64,000 bases of DNA from positions 128,001 through 192,000 of the forward strand of contig CAWGBN010000002.1 in assembly GCA_963820825.1 (NCBI GenBank). Direction: 5' to 3'. The notes under the pieces were generated by a model, which was not told the origin of the DNA, ran no database searches, and saw only the letters and a list, made by a program, of their open reading frames with translations. The position numbers and the translations under genes were made by a program. Below, piece by piece: positions 10,927 to 20,622 of this stretch (position 1 is the stretch's first letter; the number at the start of each line of letters is the position of its first letter). The DNA is from Vulcanimicrobiota bacterium (GTDB lineage Bacteria > Vulcanimicrobiota > Vulcanimicrobiia > Vulcanimicrobiales > Vulcanimicrobiaceae).

Positions 10927-13620
10927 TAGGATAGCGCGTTCGATAGGCCTTGATCTTGAGTCCAGCTCGCGCCTTCGGATAGTAGCTGCGCGAGGTCGGA
11001 CGCTTGCAGTTTCTGCCGGAGGCTGGCGTGGAGGCCGGCGATCGTCATCGTATCCGGCGGAAGCAGCTCCCAGCCGAACGTTCGGAACTGCTCTTCCGCG
11101 TAGCCGATGAGGCGCGCGCGCAATTCGCGGCCGCTCTTCGCCGGCCACGACGGCGAGATACGATATTGCGAGTGCGGCGAGGATTTCGTGCCGCGCCTTT
11201 ACCGCGAGCGCGAGCGCCCGGCGCGCGAAGGGCTCGGCCCGCGTCCGGTCGCCCGCTGCGAGGAGGGCGCTGGCGATGTCGTTGGTGAGAGACGTCAATG
11301 CCGCATCGCGATCGGCGAGTTCGGCGGCCTCGAGCAGTCGCCGCGCGGCGTTGTCGTGATTGCCGACGTTGTTCTCCCACTGGCCCCACCACTGCAAGGC
11401 TCGCGCCGTATCGTCGGCACGACCGAGCAATTGAAAGAGCGCCACACTCTCCTCATACCGCGCGCGCACCGAATCGGCTCCGGTGTCGCCGAAGGCCTCC
11501 GCGCACCGCCGGAGTACGTCGGCCAGTAGCCGCCGGTCGCCGCTATCGCGCGCAAACTGCAGCGCTTCTTCTGCCGCCGGTTTCGCCTCGTCGTAGCGCG
11601 ATTGCGGCGCGTATCGCGAAGCGACTTGCGAGAGCGCTCGCGCCAAGCCCCGCCGGTCGCCGACGCCTCGATAGAGCGCAGCGGCGATCAATGCCTCGTC
11701 GAGACACCTCTGCTCAGCGCCGGTGGAGCTATACAGCATCGAGAGCCCGTATCGCAGCCGCGCCTCAACCGACGCAGGCAATGCAAAGGCACCTTGCAGC
11801 ACGCAATCGCTCCACTCGATTCCTTCGGCGAGAAAGCCCAGCCGCAAGAAAAGAATCGTCGCATCCGCGACCAGTTGCCCGCCGAGCACGGCAGCGTTGC
11901 CTTCCTCGACGCTCCAACGCAAGGCCGCGCGCACGTTTGCAAGCTCTCGCTCGGCGCGTACGAGCCAATCCGCAGCCGGACCCTTCTCCCACTCGTCGTA
12001 TGCCGCGGCGGCAAACGCCGCGAACGCGGCGCAGTGGCGTCGCCTCGCCTCGTCAAGCTCGCCCGATTCGACGAGCCTCTCCCAGCCGTATTCGCGAATC
12101 GGCTCGAGCAGACGGTAACGCTGATCGGCTTCGTCGACGTCCACGACGACGAGCGAGCCGTCGGCCAGCGAGGTGAGCATATCGAGGATCCGCCACTCGT
12201 CGTCACCCTCCCCGCTGCAGACTTCGGCGGCGTGCGCGACCGTAAATCCCTTGAGAAAGACCGCAGCCCGGCGGAGAACCCGTCTCTCGTCGTCGGTCAG
12301 CAGCTCGTAGCTCCAATCGATGAGCGCGCGCATCGTCTGTTGGCGCGGACGCCGGTCGCGTCCGCCGGTCAGCAGGCGGAGTTCCAGATGCGAAGCGAGG
12401 CTCTCCACCGATATCGTTCGCACGCGCGCCGCGGCAAGCTCGATGGCCAATGCGATGCCGTCCAATCGCAAGCAGATCGCTTCGATCGCGGCCGTCTTGG
12501 CCTCGAGGTGGAATGCGGGATTGGCCGCGCGGGCACGGTCGGCGAAGAGCTGGACTGCCGAAGCCGGATCGAGCGTGGCGAGGCGATAGACGCGCTCGGC
12601 CGAGATATCGAGCGGTATTCGGCTCGTTGCGAGCACGGTCAGGTGCGGACACCGCTCGACGAGCCGAGCGACGATCGGCGCCACGTCGGCGACGAGATGT
12701 TCGCTATTATCCAAGACCAGCAGCAACTGGCGCCGCCTGAGAAACTCGATGAGATCGTCGAGCGGGTCGCCGTCGTTCGAAGGCTCCGCGCCGACGGCTG
12801 ATAGAATCGTACCGGCGATCAGCGCCGGATCGCCGACGGCCGAGAGATCGGCAAACCAAACGCCGTCGCGCTCCTCGTTGAGGCGGGCCGCCGCAATTTC
12901 CAGCGCGAGCCGCGTCTTGCCGATGCCGCCGGCGCCTGCGACGGTAACGACGGAACCTTCGTCTAACAGCGCCTCGACGCGAGCGAGATCGTCGTGGCGT
13001 CCGACAAAGCTCGTGCTCTGCCGGGGAAGATTGTTCGGCGGGGTTCGCAACGCGCGCAGCGGCTTGAACTCGGAGCGCAATCCTTCTCCGACCGCCTGAT
13101 ATATGCGCTCGGGCTCCTTGATGCCGCGCAGTGGAACGGTGCCGAGATTACGCAGCGTGATGCCGGCCGGAAGCTTTCCGAATGCCAGCTCTGCGGCAAA
13201 TGCGGAGAGCACGATCTGGCCGCCGTGCGCGGCGGAGAGCAGGCGCGCCGTGCGATTGAGGGCGGTGCCGAAGTAATCGCCGGAGCGCTCGTCGGTTTCA
13301 CCGGCATGGATCGCCATTCGAACGCGCAAGCCGTCGACCGCGCGAAAATCCTCGCGTTCGAACCGGCGCTGCACGTCGGTCGCAGCCTCTAACGCGTCGG
13401 CCGCACTCCAGAAGGCGGCACAGAATGCGTCGCCGATCGTTTTGAAGACGTAACCGCGCCGAAGCTCGATCGCTTCACGGAGGAGTTCGTCGTGACGGCG
13501 CAGCGCATCGCGCATTCCCTCGCCATACTGCTCCCAGCGCCGCGTACTCGCTTCGACGTCCGAAAACAAGAACGCAACCATCCCGGTCGGCAGAGCAGCT
13601 GGGGCATCGGGCACGTGCAC
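10923..13620 (-). CDS. Class III adenylate/guanylate cyclase + STAND (NB-ARC-like) ATPase + TPR-like protein; one frameshift near 11125
   Basis: FLFSDVEAST and KTIGDAF cyclase motifs, NNLPRQSTSFVGR, Walker A GAGGIGKT, Walker B LLLVLDNSEH. The helical C-terminus continues in ORF 10923..11123. Confidence 0.88.
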
Positions 13621-13638
13621 CTCTTCCGCCCGCGGGCA

Positions 13639-14334
13639 TCACGCGCCCTTCGCCGCCTTTTGCTCGCCTCTGCCCGGACGCGCAAAGAAGAGCGTCATCG
13701 CAAGCGCGGCGAGGATGGCGCCGGTGCACGGACCGGCGACATAGATCCACATGAGATCGGCCGCTCCGCCGAGGAGTTGCGGCGGGATCGAACGCGCGGG
13801 ATTCATCGAGGCGCCGCTGATCGGTCCCGCGGCGAAGCCGCAGGCCGCAACCGTTAGACCGACGGCGAGCGCCGCTTGTTTACCGACGACCGCCTCTTTT
13901 GCGGTCATGAGGATCACGAGCATGAGCAGAAACGTCAGCACGGCCTCAACGATTGCCGCCTGCGCGTGCGTGTACGAGGGACCGGGATGACTCGCGCCCA
14001 GGACGAGCGCGTGACCCCAGAGCGCGAAGAGCAGCAGTGCGGCGCCAAAACCACCGGCGAACTGTGCGAGCCAATACCAGAGCATCTGCGCCACCGGCAT
14101 CGCTCGGCGCACGACGAAACCGAGCGAGACGGCCGGATCGATGTGGGCGCCGGAGACCTGCGAGAAGGCGTAGATCATCGCCGCGGTGATAAAACCGCGC
14201 GCCAGCCAGCGCGAAACGTAATCGACGTGGCCGGCACCGGTGTAATACAGCACGTCGACGCCGGTCGCGACGAGCGTTTGGAAGAACGTGCCGAGGAGCT
14301 CGGCACCGAGCTTGCGTGCCACCTCCGATTTCAT
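13639..14334 (-). CDS. MIP/aquaporin family channel
   Basis: AELLGTF, SGAHIDPAVS (first NPA box reads DPA), SGASMNPARS, six hydrophobic segments. Confidence 0.9.
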   Translation of the reverse strand: MKSEVARKLGAELLGTFFQTLVATGVDVLYYTGAGHVDYVSRWLARGFITAAMIYAFSQVSGAHIDPAVSLGFVVRRAMPVAQMLWYWLAQFAGGFGAALLLFALWGHALVLGASHPGPSYTHAQAAIVEAVLTFLLMLVILMTAKEAVVGKQAALAVGLTVAACGFAAGPISGASMNPARSIPPQLLGGAADLMWIYVAGPCTGAILAALAMTLFFARPGRGEQKAAKGA

Positions 14335-14476
14335 ACCCGTACTCGCCGCCCACCCAAGCGGGCGCGTTCGATCTATGGCAAGTTGGGGCTGCGCAATCGC
14401 TCAGAGCTCCAGCATTCGTCGGCCGCGCCGATAGGGCGCGGCCGAAGGACTAGAAATAACCCCGCGAAGCGGTGGC

Positions 14477-16027
14477 TTAGTTGTAGTGGCGCTTGTCGCG
14501 CAGCATCGTCACCGGCGCGACCGGCTTCGATAGCGCGGCAACCAGCTCGGCCCGACTCTTCACGTTAAAGGTTTGGAAGAGCTGCGAGAGCTGGTTGCGG
14601 ACGGTGTTCGGACTGCGGCCGAGAACCGTTGCGATCTCCGCGTTTCGTCGTCCGGCGCGAACGAGCTCGAGCACTTGCCGCTTCGCCGGCGGAATCCGAT
14701 CGAGACGCAGCACCGAGGTATTCGTCGCCTCCGCGACGCGGCGGGCGATCCAGCTGTGCGGCCAGGGGTCGATCTTGCGCGCGGCGCGCTGCACCCATTT
14801 GCGATCTTTCGTTACGTCGTAGAGCGCCAGTGCGCAGAGCGCGGCACGCCATGCATAGTTGAAATCTTCGAAGATCGACCAGGCTTCGGTGAGGGCGGCC
14901 TTGCCCTCGTCGACGTCTCCCAACCGAAGCCACGCCACGCCTTGGGAGTATGCTTCAAATCCCTTGACGCGCGGATCGGTGCCGTACGAAAGAATCGGGA
15001 TGACCGACGTCGTCAGCGTCCGGAATCGCGCGAGGTATTGCTCGGCGATGGCCGGATCGTCGTGCGCGAAGAGCTCCGCGAGGACGAGCAACGCCGACCG
15101 TTCCTCGCCGGTGACGTCGTTCCACGAGACGCTCTGCGCGATCTCGTGCGCCTCTTGAATCTGCTCGGTCGCGAACGCATACTCGCCGGTGTTACGGGCC
15201 AGCAGCGCTCGATCGAGGAAACAGAGGACGCTCCAGTGATTGGATGGCGCGAGCCGCGCCGCTCGGCGGAAGCCGGCGAACGCGGCAAGCTCGTTTCCGT
15301 CGAGCTCGTCGATCGCCGCGAGAAAGCGCGTGACCTGGAAATGCTCGAGCTGCAGACCCTTCGTCCACGGCAGCCCTTCGAAGATGCTGCGGACCCGGTC
15401 GGCGACCTCGCGCAACGGGAGCTCGCGACAGAGCAGCGCAAGCGTGAAGAGCGCGTTGGCCCGGAAGTACTGGTCGGCCGCTTCGGCGGCATCGAGCTCG
15501 TCGAGCGCCTTCTGCAGCTCGTCGACCTGGCGAAGAATCTCGCCGCGGCGCAACGCGATCCACGAGAGTAGAATATGCGCCCGCGCGCGATTATTCGGAT
15601 CGGCCGAACGCAGCTCGGTCGAGGCTGCCTGCTCGGCCTCGCGGTGGTCCTGCCTCATCCATGCAATAAGCGCTTTATAATGAAGGGCGTCGTAATACCA
15701 GGCGCTCTGCGGCGAGAGCTCGTTGAGCGCCCGCTCGATCAGGCGCGTCCCGGCGACGTAATCTCGCGTGAGTCCCAGCGCGGCACCGAGCAAGACGTCG
15801 CGCGCTACCCGGACCTCCGGCGACGCCTTCGGAACCTCCGAAAGCGCGCCGATGATCTCGACGTACCGGCGTTCCCGCAGCGCGAGGCGCGCGCGGGCAA
15901 GAACGGCGTCGTAACCGTCGCCGATCTCAACGAGTTCACGGCAGCGGTCAAAGTCCGCAGCCGTGAAGGCTTTTTCGAACTCCACCGCGTCAAAGCCGCG
16001 GTGGGTCAGTGCAGCGCTTGTCAACAT
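14477..16027 (-). CDS. Transcriptional regulator: long helical (TPR-like) N-terminal region + C-terminal LuxR HTH
   Basis: C-terminal RQVLELVRAGRRNAEIATVLGRSPNTVRNQLSQLFQTFNVKSRAEL is a LuxR/GerE HTH. The first ~450 aa are Ala/Leu-rich helical repeats. ATG 16027 has GGGGA upstream (alternative TTG 16051). Confidence 0.85.
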   Translation of the reverse strand: MLTSAALTHRGFDAVEFEKAFTAADFDRCRELVEIGDGYDAVLARARLALRERRYVEIIGALSEVPKASPEVRVARDVLLGAALGLTRDYVAGTRLIERALNELSPQSAWYYDALHYKALIAWMRQDHREAEQAASTELRSADPNNRARAHILLSWIALRRGEILRQVDELQKALDELDAAEAADQYFRANALFTLALLCRELPLREVADRVRSIFEGLPWTKGLQLEHFQVTRFLAAIDELDGNELAAFAGFRRAARLAPSNHWSVLCFLDRALLARNTGEYAFATEQIQEAHEIAQSVSWNDVTGEERSALLVLAELFAHDDPAIAEQYLARFRTLTTSVIPILSYGTDPRVKGFEAYSQGVAWLRLGDVDEGKAALTEAWSIFEDFNYAWRAALCALALYDVTKDRKWVQRAARKIDPWPHSWIARRVAEATNTSVLRLDRIPPAKRQVLELVRAGRRNAEIATVLGRSPNTVRNQLSQLFQTFNVKSRAELVAALSKPVAPVTMLRDKRHYN

Positions 16028-16138
16028 GGTCGTCCCCGGTTTAATCAACAATATGCATGGTAAAAGGGCCCGCGGTCTATACCACCGGACAATGCCGGAA
16101 GTTACTTAGTACATTCGTCTGCCTGGTTCCTTCCCGGT

Positions 16139-16504
16139 CTAGCCGTGCCCACCGCTATGAGGGACCGGGCCCCCGCCGACTGAGTCCATGTGACGAGGGA
16201 CCGGGCCGCCGCCGACCGAGTCGAGATGGCGGGTCCGGGCATCCTTACGCGGGACCGGACCACCGCCGACGGAGTCGAGGTGGTGGATGCGCGCCGCCGC
16301 GTGCGGGACGGGACCGCCGCCGACCGAGTCCATGTGCCGCATATCGGGACGCGGAACCGGACCGCCGCCGACGGAGTCGAGGTGGTGCATCATCGTTTGG
16401 TTAGCGCTTGGAAGGGGGGAACCGCCGGCAAAGCCACCGCCCGCACATCCGCCGAGCATAGCTCCTGCGAGGACGAGGCCGGCCACAGCGATCATCTTGC
16501 GCAT
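16139..16504 (-). CDS. Small lipoprotein-signal precursor with 5 repeats of H[L/M]DSVGGGPVP
   Basis: MRK + hydrophobic core + LGGC lipobox; AAGGG RBS; the repeats differ almost only at synonymous positions. Confidence 0.85.
   Translation of the reverse strand: MRKMIAVAGLVLAGAMLGGCAGGGFAGGSPLPSANQTMMHHLDSVGGGPVPRPDMRHMDSVGGGPVPHAAARIHHLDSVGGGPVPRKDARTRHLDSVGGGPVPRHMDSVGGGPVPHSGGHG
16160..16384 (-). repeat. Five 33-bp coding repeats separated by 1-7 codon spacers
   Basis: Consensus CAY (CTC/ATG) GAC TCN GTC GGC GGN GGY CCS GTY CCN, read directly from the sequence. Confidence 0.9.
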
Positions 16505-16761
16505 CTCTGTTTACCCTTTCAGCGCCGGGAGGCGCCAGGAAGCATAAAAGGTAGTACGAATATACTAGTACCAAAAAGCCTCCAGGGATAGGGCCGCTTG
16601 GCAAACTTTGCAGAAACTAGATAAACCTAGCGGATGGCTACGACAAGATGTCGGCAAACAGCTCAGCAGGCCTCTCACTTCGAGAGGTCTAAGGGTGTTT
16701 GCCGCGGTTTGGAAGGCCCTTCCCAACCGCTAATCTCCCTTGAGAAGAAGGAACCAACTCT

Positions 16762-17769
16762 ATGACTCACTCTCTTCTTCGCGTGCGCAGGCAATTGTTA
16801 ACGGCAGCGTTGCTTGCGATCGTCACTCCGGCGATCGTAGCCTGCAGCGGGACCTCATCGTTTGCGCCCTCGGCGCAGACGCCGTCCGGCTCGGCAGTAT
16901 CGGACGGCGTACGCCACTTCGGCTCGACCTCATGGAACTTTTCAACGCTGGACGATCCGAACAATCCGTCGTACAGCGAGCTGCTCGGCATCAACAACGA
17001 AAAGAAGATCTGCGGCTACTATGGCGCCGGCACCACCGGCGATCCCGCCAACGGCTTCTGCCTCGCCGAGCAAGGTAACGCCCACTTCCGCCAGCACGAC
17101 TACCCTACCGCGCTAGACACCTACGTCACGTCGCTGAACAACACGAAGGCGTTCGCGGGCTGGTATTTGAGCAACTTCGGCCCGACCTTCGGCTTCATTA
17201 TGCAGCACGGGGTCTGGACGAGCTACAAAGATCTCAAGCTCCGCAAGGGGCACACGAATATCACCAAGATTCTCGGATTGAGCGACGCCGGTCTGGCCGT
17301 CGGCTTCTACGTTGACGATGCCGGCGTGAACCACGGATTCGAGCTCAACTCAACCGTCGCGAAGTATCACCCCATCGTCCCGCCCGGCGGCATCAGCGTC
17401 GAGGCGACCGGAATCAACGGCAAGGGTGATATCGTCGGCTTCATGACGACCGGGAACGGCGATACGAAGAGCTTCCTCTTAAAAGGAGGCAGCTTTACCA
17501 TCTTCGCCTATCCGAAATCCCAGAACACGCAGGCGCTCGGCGTCAACTGGCAGGACCAGGTCGTCGGCTCGTTCGTCGACGCCTCCGGGAACACGCACGC
17601 CTTCTTGTTGACCGATCCGCTGAGCCATCCGTCGTGGATGCAGATCGACGAACCCAAGGCCGCCGGACCGACCGTGCTCACGAGCCTGGAGAACCACGAC
17701 TATATGGTCGGGTACTACGTCGATAGCGTCGGGCACACCAACGGCTTCTTAGCGACGCCGGCAAAGTAG
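16762..17769 (+). CDS. Secreted lipoprotein with HAF-like extracellular repeats
   Basis: IVAC lipobox; repeated units of the type GIN..G.IVG.Y.D..G.THAF/NHGF/TNGF. Confidence 0.75.
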   Translation: MTHSLLRVRRQLLTAALLAIVTPAIVACSGTSSFAPSAQTPSGSAVSDGVRHFGSTSWNFSTLDDPNNPSYSELLGINNEKKICGYYGAGTTGDPANGFCLAEQGNAHFRQHDYPTALDTYVTSLNNTKAFAGWYLSNFGPTFGFIMQHGVWTSYKDLKLRKGHTNITKILGLSDAGLAVGFYVDDAGVNHGFELNSTVAKYHPIVPPGGISVEATGINGKGDIVGFMTTGNGDTKSFLLKGGSFTIFAYPKSQNTQALGVNWQDQVVGSFVDASGNTHAFLLTDPLSHPSWMQIDEPKAAGPTVLTSLENHDYMVGYYVDSVGHTNGFLATPAK

Positions 17770-17788
17770 GGCGGAGAACCCGCCCTAC
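17766..17788. terminator. Hairpin between convergent genes
   Basis: GTAGGGCGG-AGAAC-CCGCCCTAC, 9-bp stem; no U-tract. Confidence 0.45.
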
Positions 17789-17803
17789 GCCCGTGCCCCG
17801 GGA

Positions 17804-19201
17804 CTACTCCGTATCGGGCGGGTAGTGGCTCGTGGGCTGGTGGAGGAAGAAATCCTTGCCGTATTTGGCCGGGATTACTTTGAACTTGCGCGGCGGTTGT
17901 GTGAAGTCGAACGCATCCGATTCCGGTGAGCGGCCCGCGCATCGCTGGCCGACAGCCGTCCGAGGCCGAACTGGTCTTCGATGAATCGCAGAATGCTGCC
18001 GTGCTCGTAGGGGACGTGAGACACGTAGCCCTTTCTTTGCATACGGTGAGATGATCAGCATCGGCAGCCGCAAGCCAAGTCCGTCGTAGTCGACGAAGGC
18101 AGGCGCGACCGGGATCGTACCATCCGCCGTAGTCGTCCCAGAAGATGAAGATGGCGGTCGAGTCCCAATACTTCGACTGTGCCGACGGCGTTGACCAGCG
18201 ACGTCTACCCACGACGGCCCGGTTTTGGAGCCGCTGCCGGCGTGGTCGGAGTTCTCCCACGTCGGCGTGATCCAGCTGACCGCCGGCAAATTGCCGTTCG
18301 AAAGGTCGTTGAAGACTTGCGTTTGCGGCGTGATGATTTCTCGTCTTCCAATCCGGACCGTTGTAGATGTGGTTGATCGCCTGATAGGCGCTCCAGATAC
18401 CCAGATCGCCGTTGACCGTCGCGGTGTAGAATCCCCACGAAACGCCCGCGCTGTCGAGCTCGTCTCCGAGGGTCGTCGGATCCCAGCACACGACTTCGTT
18501 CCCCGACGGAATCTGACGCTGCTGTCCGACCTGGAAATCTTATCGCCGGATCCACCGGGACAGCCCCAAGCACCGTCGGGATAGTTGACCGCCGATTCCG
18601 CCTGCCCGGAGATAATGTACTGGTGCGAAATGAAGCTGCTCGCGTCGAAGTTCGACGCGAACATTTGATCGGCCAGCACGTACTGCTTGGCCATTTCGAA
18701 ATAGGGCTTCGTTTCGGTGTGCGGCACGTAACTGTACGTTGGATTCGGGTTCGGGCAAGGGGGCCGGGACCGGCCGCCGCACCCGACGTACTCGTTGTTG
18801 AAGCCGTTCATCCGGCAGTTGGTACCGGGAATGCTTCCCGGTGCCGTTGCAGGCGGCAAAAAACGAGTTCGAGCTGTGGTCGATGTCCCAGGACGTTTCG
18901 AGGCCGACCGGCTGCAGCGTGATCTTTTGACCGCTGGAGTTGATAGCCGTACTTTGCCGTCTTCGCGCCGGGGAAACCGTAGAAGAGGTTGTTGAAGCTC
19001 GCGATTCTCTTGCACGATGATGATGACGTGTTGAATCTTGCCTCTGGCCGGATCGCGCAGCTCCTCGAGGACCGGCGGCGTACGCTGCGGCGCGGAGAGT
19101 GAGGCTAAGGGTAGGGCCGGAGCGGGGCCGGCCGGCGCACCGCCGCCGCAGGCCGTGAGGCCGGCGACGCCGGCGATGGCGAACGATAAGCGGCGAATCA
19201 T
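17804..19201 (-). pseudogene. Phosphoesterase/phospholipase C family lipoprotein, copy 3, with many indels (pseudogene or assembly error)
   Basis: ATG 19201 overlaps the upstream stop; LTAC lipobox; KIQHVIIIVQENR. Sequence matching the two intact paralogs is spread over all three frames (ORFs 17715..18491, 17804..19597). Confidence 0.75.
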
Positions 19202-20595
19202 TGGTCGTCCGGGAGATGGTGATCGGAAGGTTGATGCATAAAGTAATCCTTGCTCAGTACCGTTGGGATTATTTTGAAGGTGCGCGGAGGCTGTTTGAAG
19301 TCGAACTCCTTGACGATGGAGTTGGCGCGCGTGTCGCTTGCCGAGAGACGCCCCAAACCGAACTGGTCTTCGATGAACTTGAGAATGCTGCCGTGTTCGT
19401 AGTGAACGTGCGCGACGCGGTTCTTCGCATATGGTGAGATGATCAGCATGGGAATCCGCATCCCCAAACCGTCGTAGTCTACGTAATCCGGCGGCTCGGG
19501 ATCGAACCAGCCGCCATAATCGTCCCAAAAGATGACGATCGCGGTGGAGTCCCAGTATTGCGATTGCCCGATAGCGTTGACCAGCGTCGCAACCCACTGC
19601 GGTCCGGAGGTCGAGCCGGAGCCGGCGTGGTCGGAGTTCGTCCAGGTTGGCGTCACCCAGCTCACTGTCCGCAGCTTTCCGTTATAGATGTCGTCGAGAA
19701 ACTGCGTCGGCGGGCTGAAGACGTCTTTCTTCCAATCAGGCCCGTAATAGATGTGTTTGATCGCCTGATAGGAGCTCCAGATCCAGGGATAGTTGGAGTA
19801 CGCGACCGCGTAGAAAGCCCACGAGAGACCGGCATTGTCGAGCTCGTCGCCGAGCGTGTTGGGATCCCAGCAGACGACTTCGTATCCGCTGGGAATCTGG
19901 CGTTTCTGGCCAACCGTGGCGATCATGTCGCCCGAGCCGCCCGGACACCCCCACGCGCTCCACGGAAAGTTCACCGCCGACACCGCCTGCCCGGCGATGA
20001 TGTATTGGTGCGAGATGAAGCTGCTCGCGTCGAAGTTCGACGCATACATTTGGTCGGCGAGCACGTACTGCTTGGCCATATCGAAGTACGGCTTCGTCTC
20101 GCTGTGCGGCACGTAGCTGTACGGCGGATTCTGATTCGGACACGGCGCGTAGTGCGCGCCGCAGCCGAAGCCTTCGTGGTCGAAGCCGTTCATCTGGCAA
20201 TTCGTTCCGGGAATGCTTCCCGTACCATTGCAGGCCGCGAAGAAGCCGGAGGAGTCGTGTTCGATGTCCCAGGTGGTGGCGAGGGTGATCGGCTGCAGCG
20301 TGATCTTCGTTCCGGAGGTATTGTAACCGTACTTCGCCGTGGTCGCTCCCCTAAAACCGTAGAAGAGGTTGTTGAACGAGCGGTTCTCTTGAACGATGAT
20401 CACGACGTGTTGAATCTTGCCCTTGGCCGCACGCCGCTGACGCATCGGCGCGACCAGCAACCGCGATGCAGCCGGTGGTTGAAGCGAGCCGAGCGGCAGA
20501 GCCGGTGGGGTCGCGCTCGAGCCGCCGTTACAGGCCGACAAGAGCGCGGCACAGGCCGCGGCGAGATACGCCGTATTTACACGCATCTTGCGCAT
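19198..20595 (-). CDS. Phosphoesterase / phospholipase C (AcpA/PlcH family) lipoprotein, copy 2
   Basis: LSAC lipobox; IQHVVIIVQENRSF, SSFISHQY, SDHAG, FWDDYGGW, GMRIP, EHGSILKFIE. Confidence 0.9.
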   Translation of the reverse strand: MRKMRVNTAYLAAACAALLSACNGGSSATPPALPLGSLQPPAASRLLVAPMRQRRAAKGKIQHVVIIVQENRSFNNLFYGFRGATTAKYGYNTSGTKITLQPITLATTWDIEHDSSGFFAACNGTGSIPGTNCQMNGFDHEGFGCGAHYAPCPNQNPPYSYVPHSETKPYFDMAKQYVLADQMYASNFDASSFISHQYIIAGQAVSAVNFPWSAWGCPGGSGDMIATVGQKRQIPSGYEVVCWDPNTLGDELDNAGLSWAFYAVAYSNYPWIWSSYQAIKHIYYGPDWKKDVFSPPTQFLDDIYNGKLRTVSWVTPTWTNSDHAGSGSTSGPQWVATLVNAIGQSQYWDSTAIVIFWDDYGGWFDPEPPDYVDYDGLGMRIPMLIISPYAKNRVAHVHYEHGSILKFIEDQFGLGRLSASDTRANSIVKEFDFKQPPRTFKIIPTVLSKDYFMHQPSDHHLPDDQ

Positions 20596-20622
20596 GCGCT
20601 TACTCCTTGCGATTTGGTGAGT

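Noticed and set aside
16160..16384. CRISPR array
   Set aside because: Units vary at third codon positions, spacers are 3-21 bp and in frame, and no cas genes are present; this is a coding repeat.
16139..16504. Classical RiPP cluster or plant CLE/CEP mimic
   Set aside because: No modifying enzyme, dedicated peptidase or transporter is adjacent. Similarity to plant peptides is limited to Gly/Pro/His composition. Modification in trans cannot be excluded.
16600..16730. c-di-GMP-I riboswitch suggested by GGCAAAC motifs
   Set aside because: The GNRA loop/receptor layout and second-stem consensus are not evident; kept only as generic hairpins.
17804..19597. Intact 597-aa protein from the ORF track
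   Set aside because: It is a mosaic of in-frame and out-of-frame segments of the third phosphoesterase, and its N-terminus overlaps copy 2.
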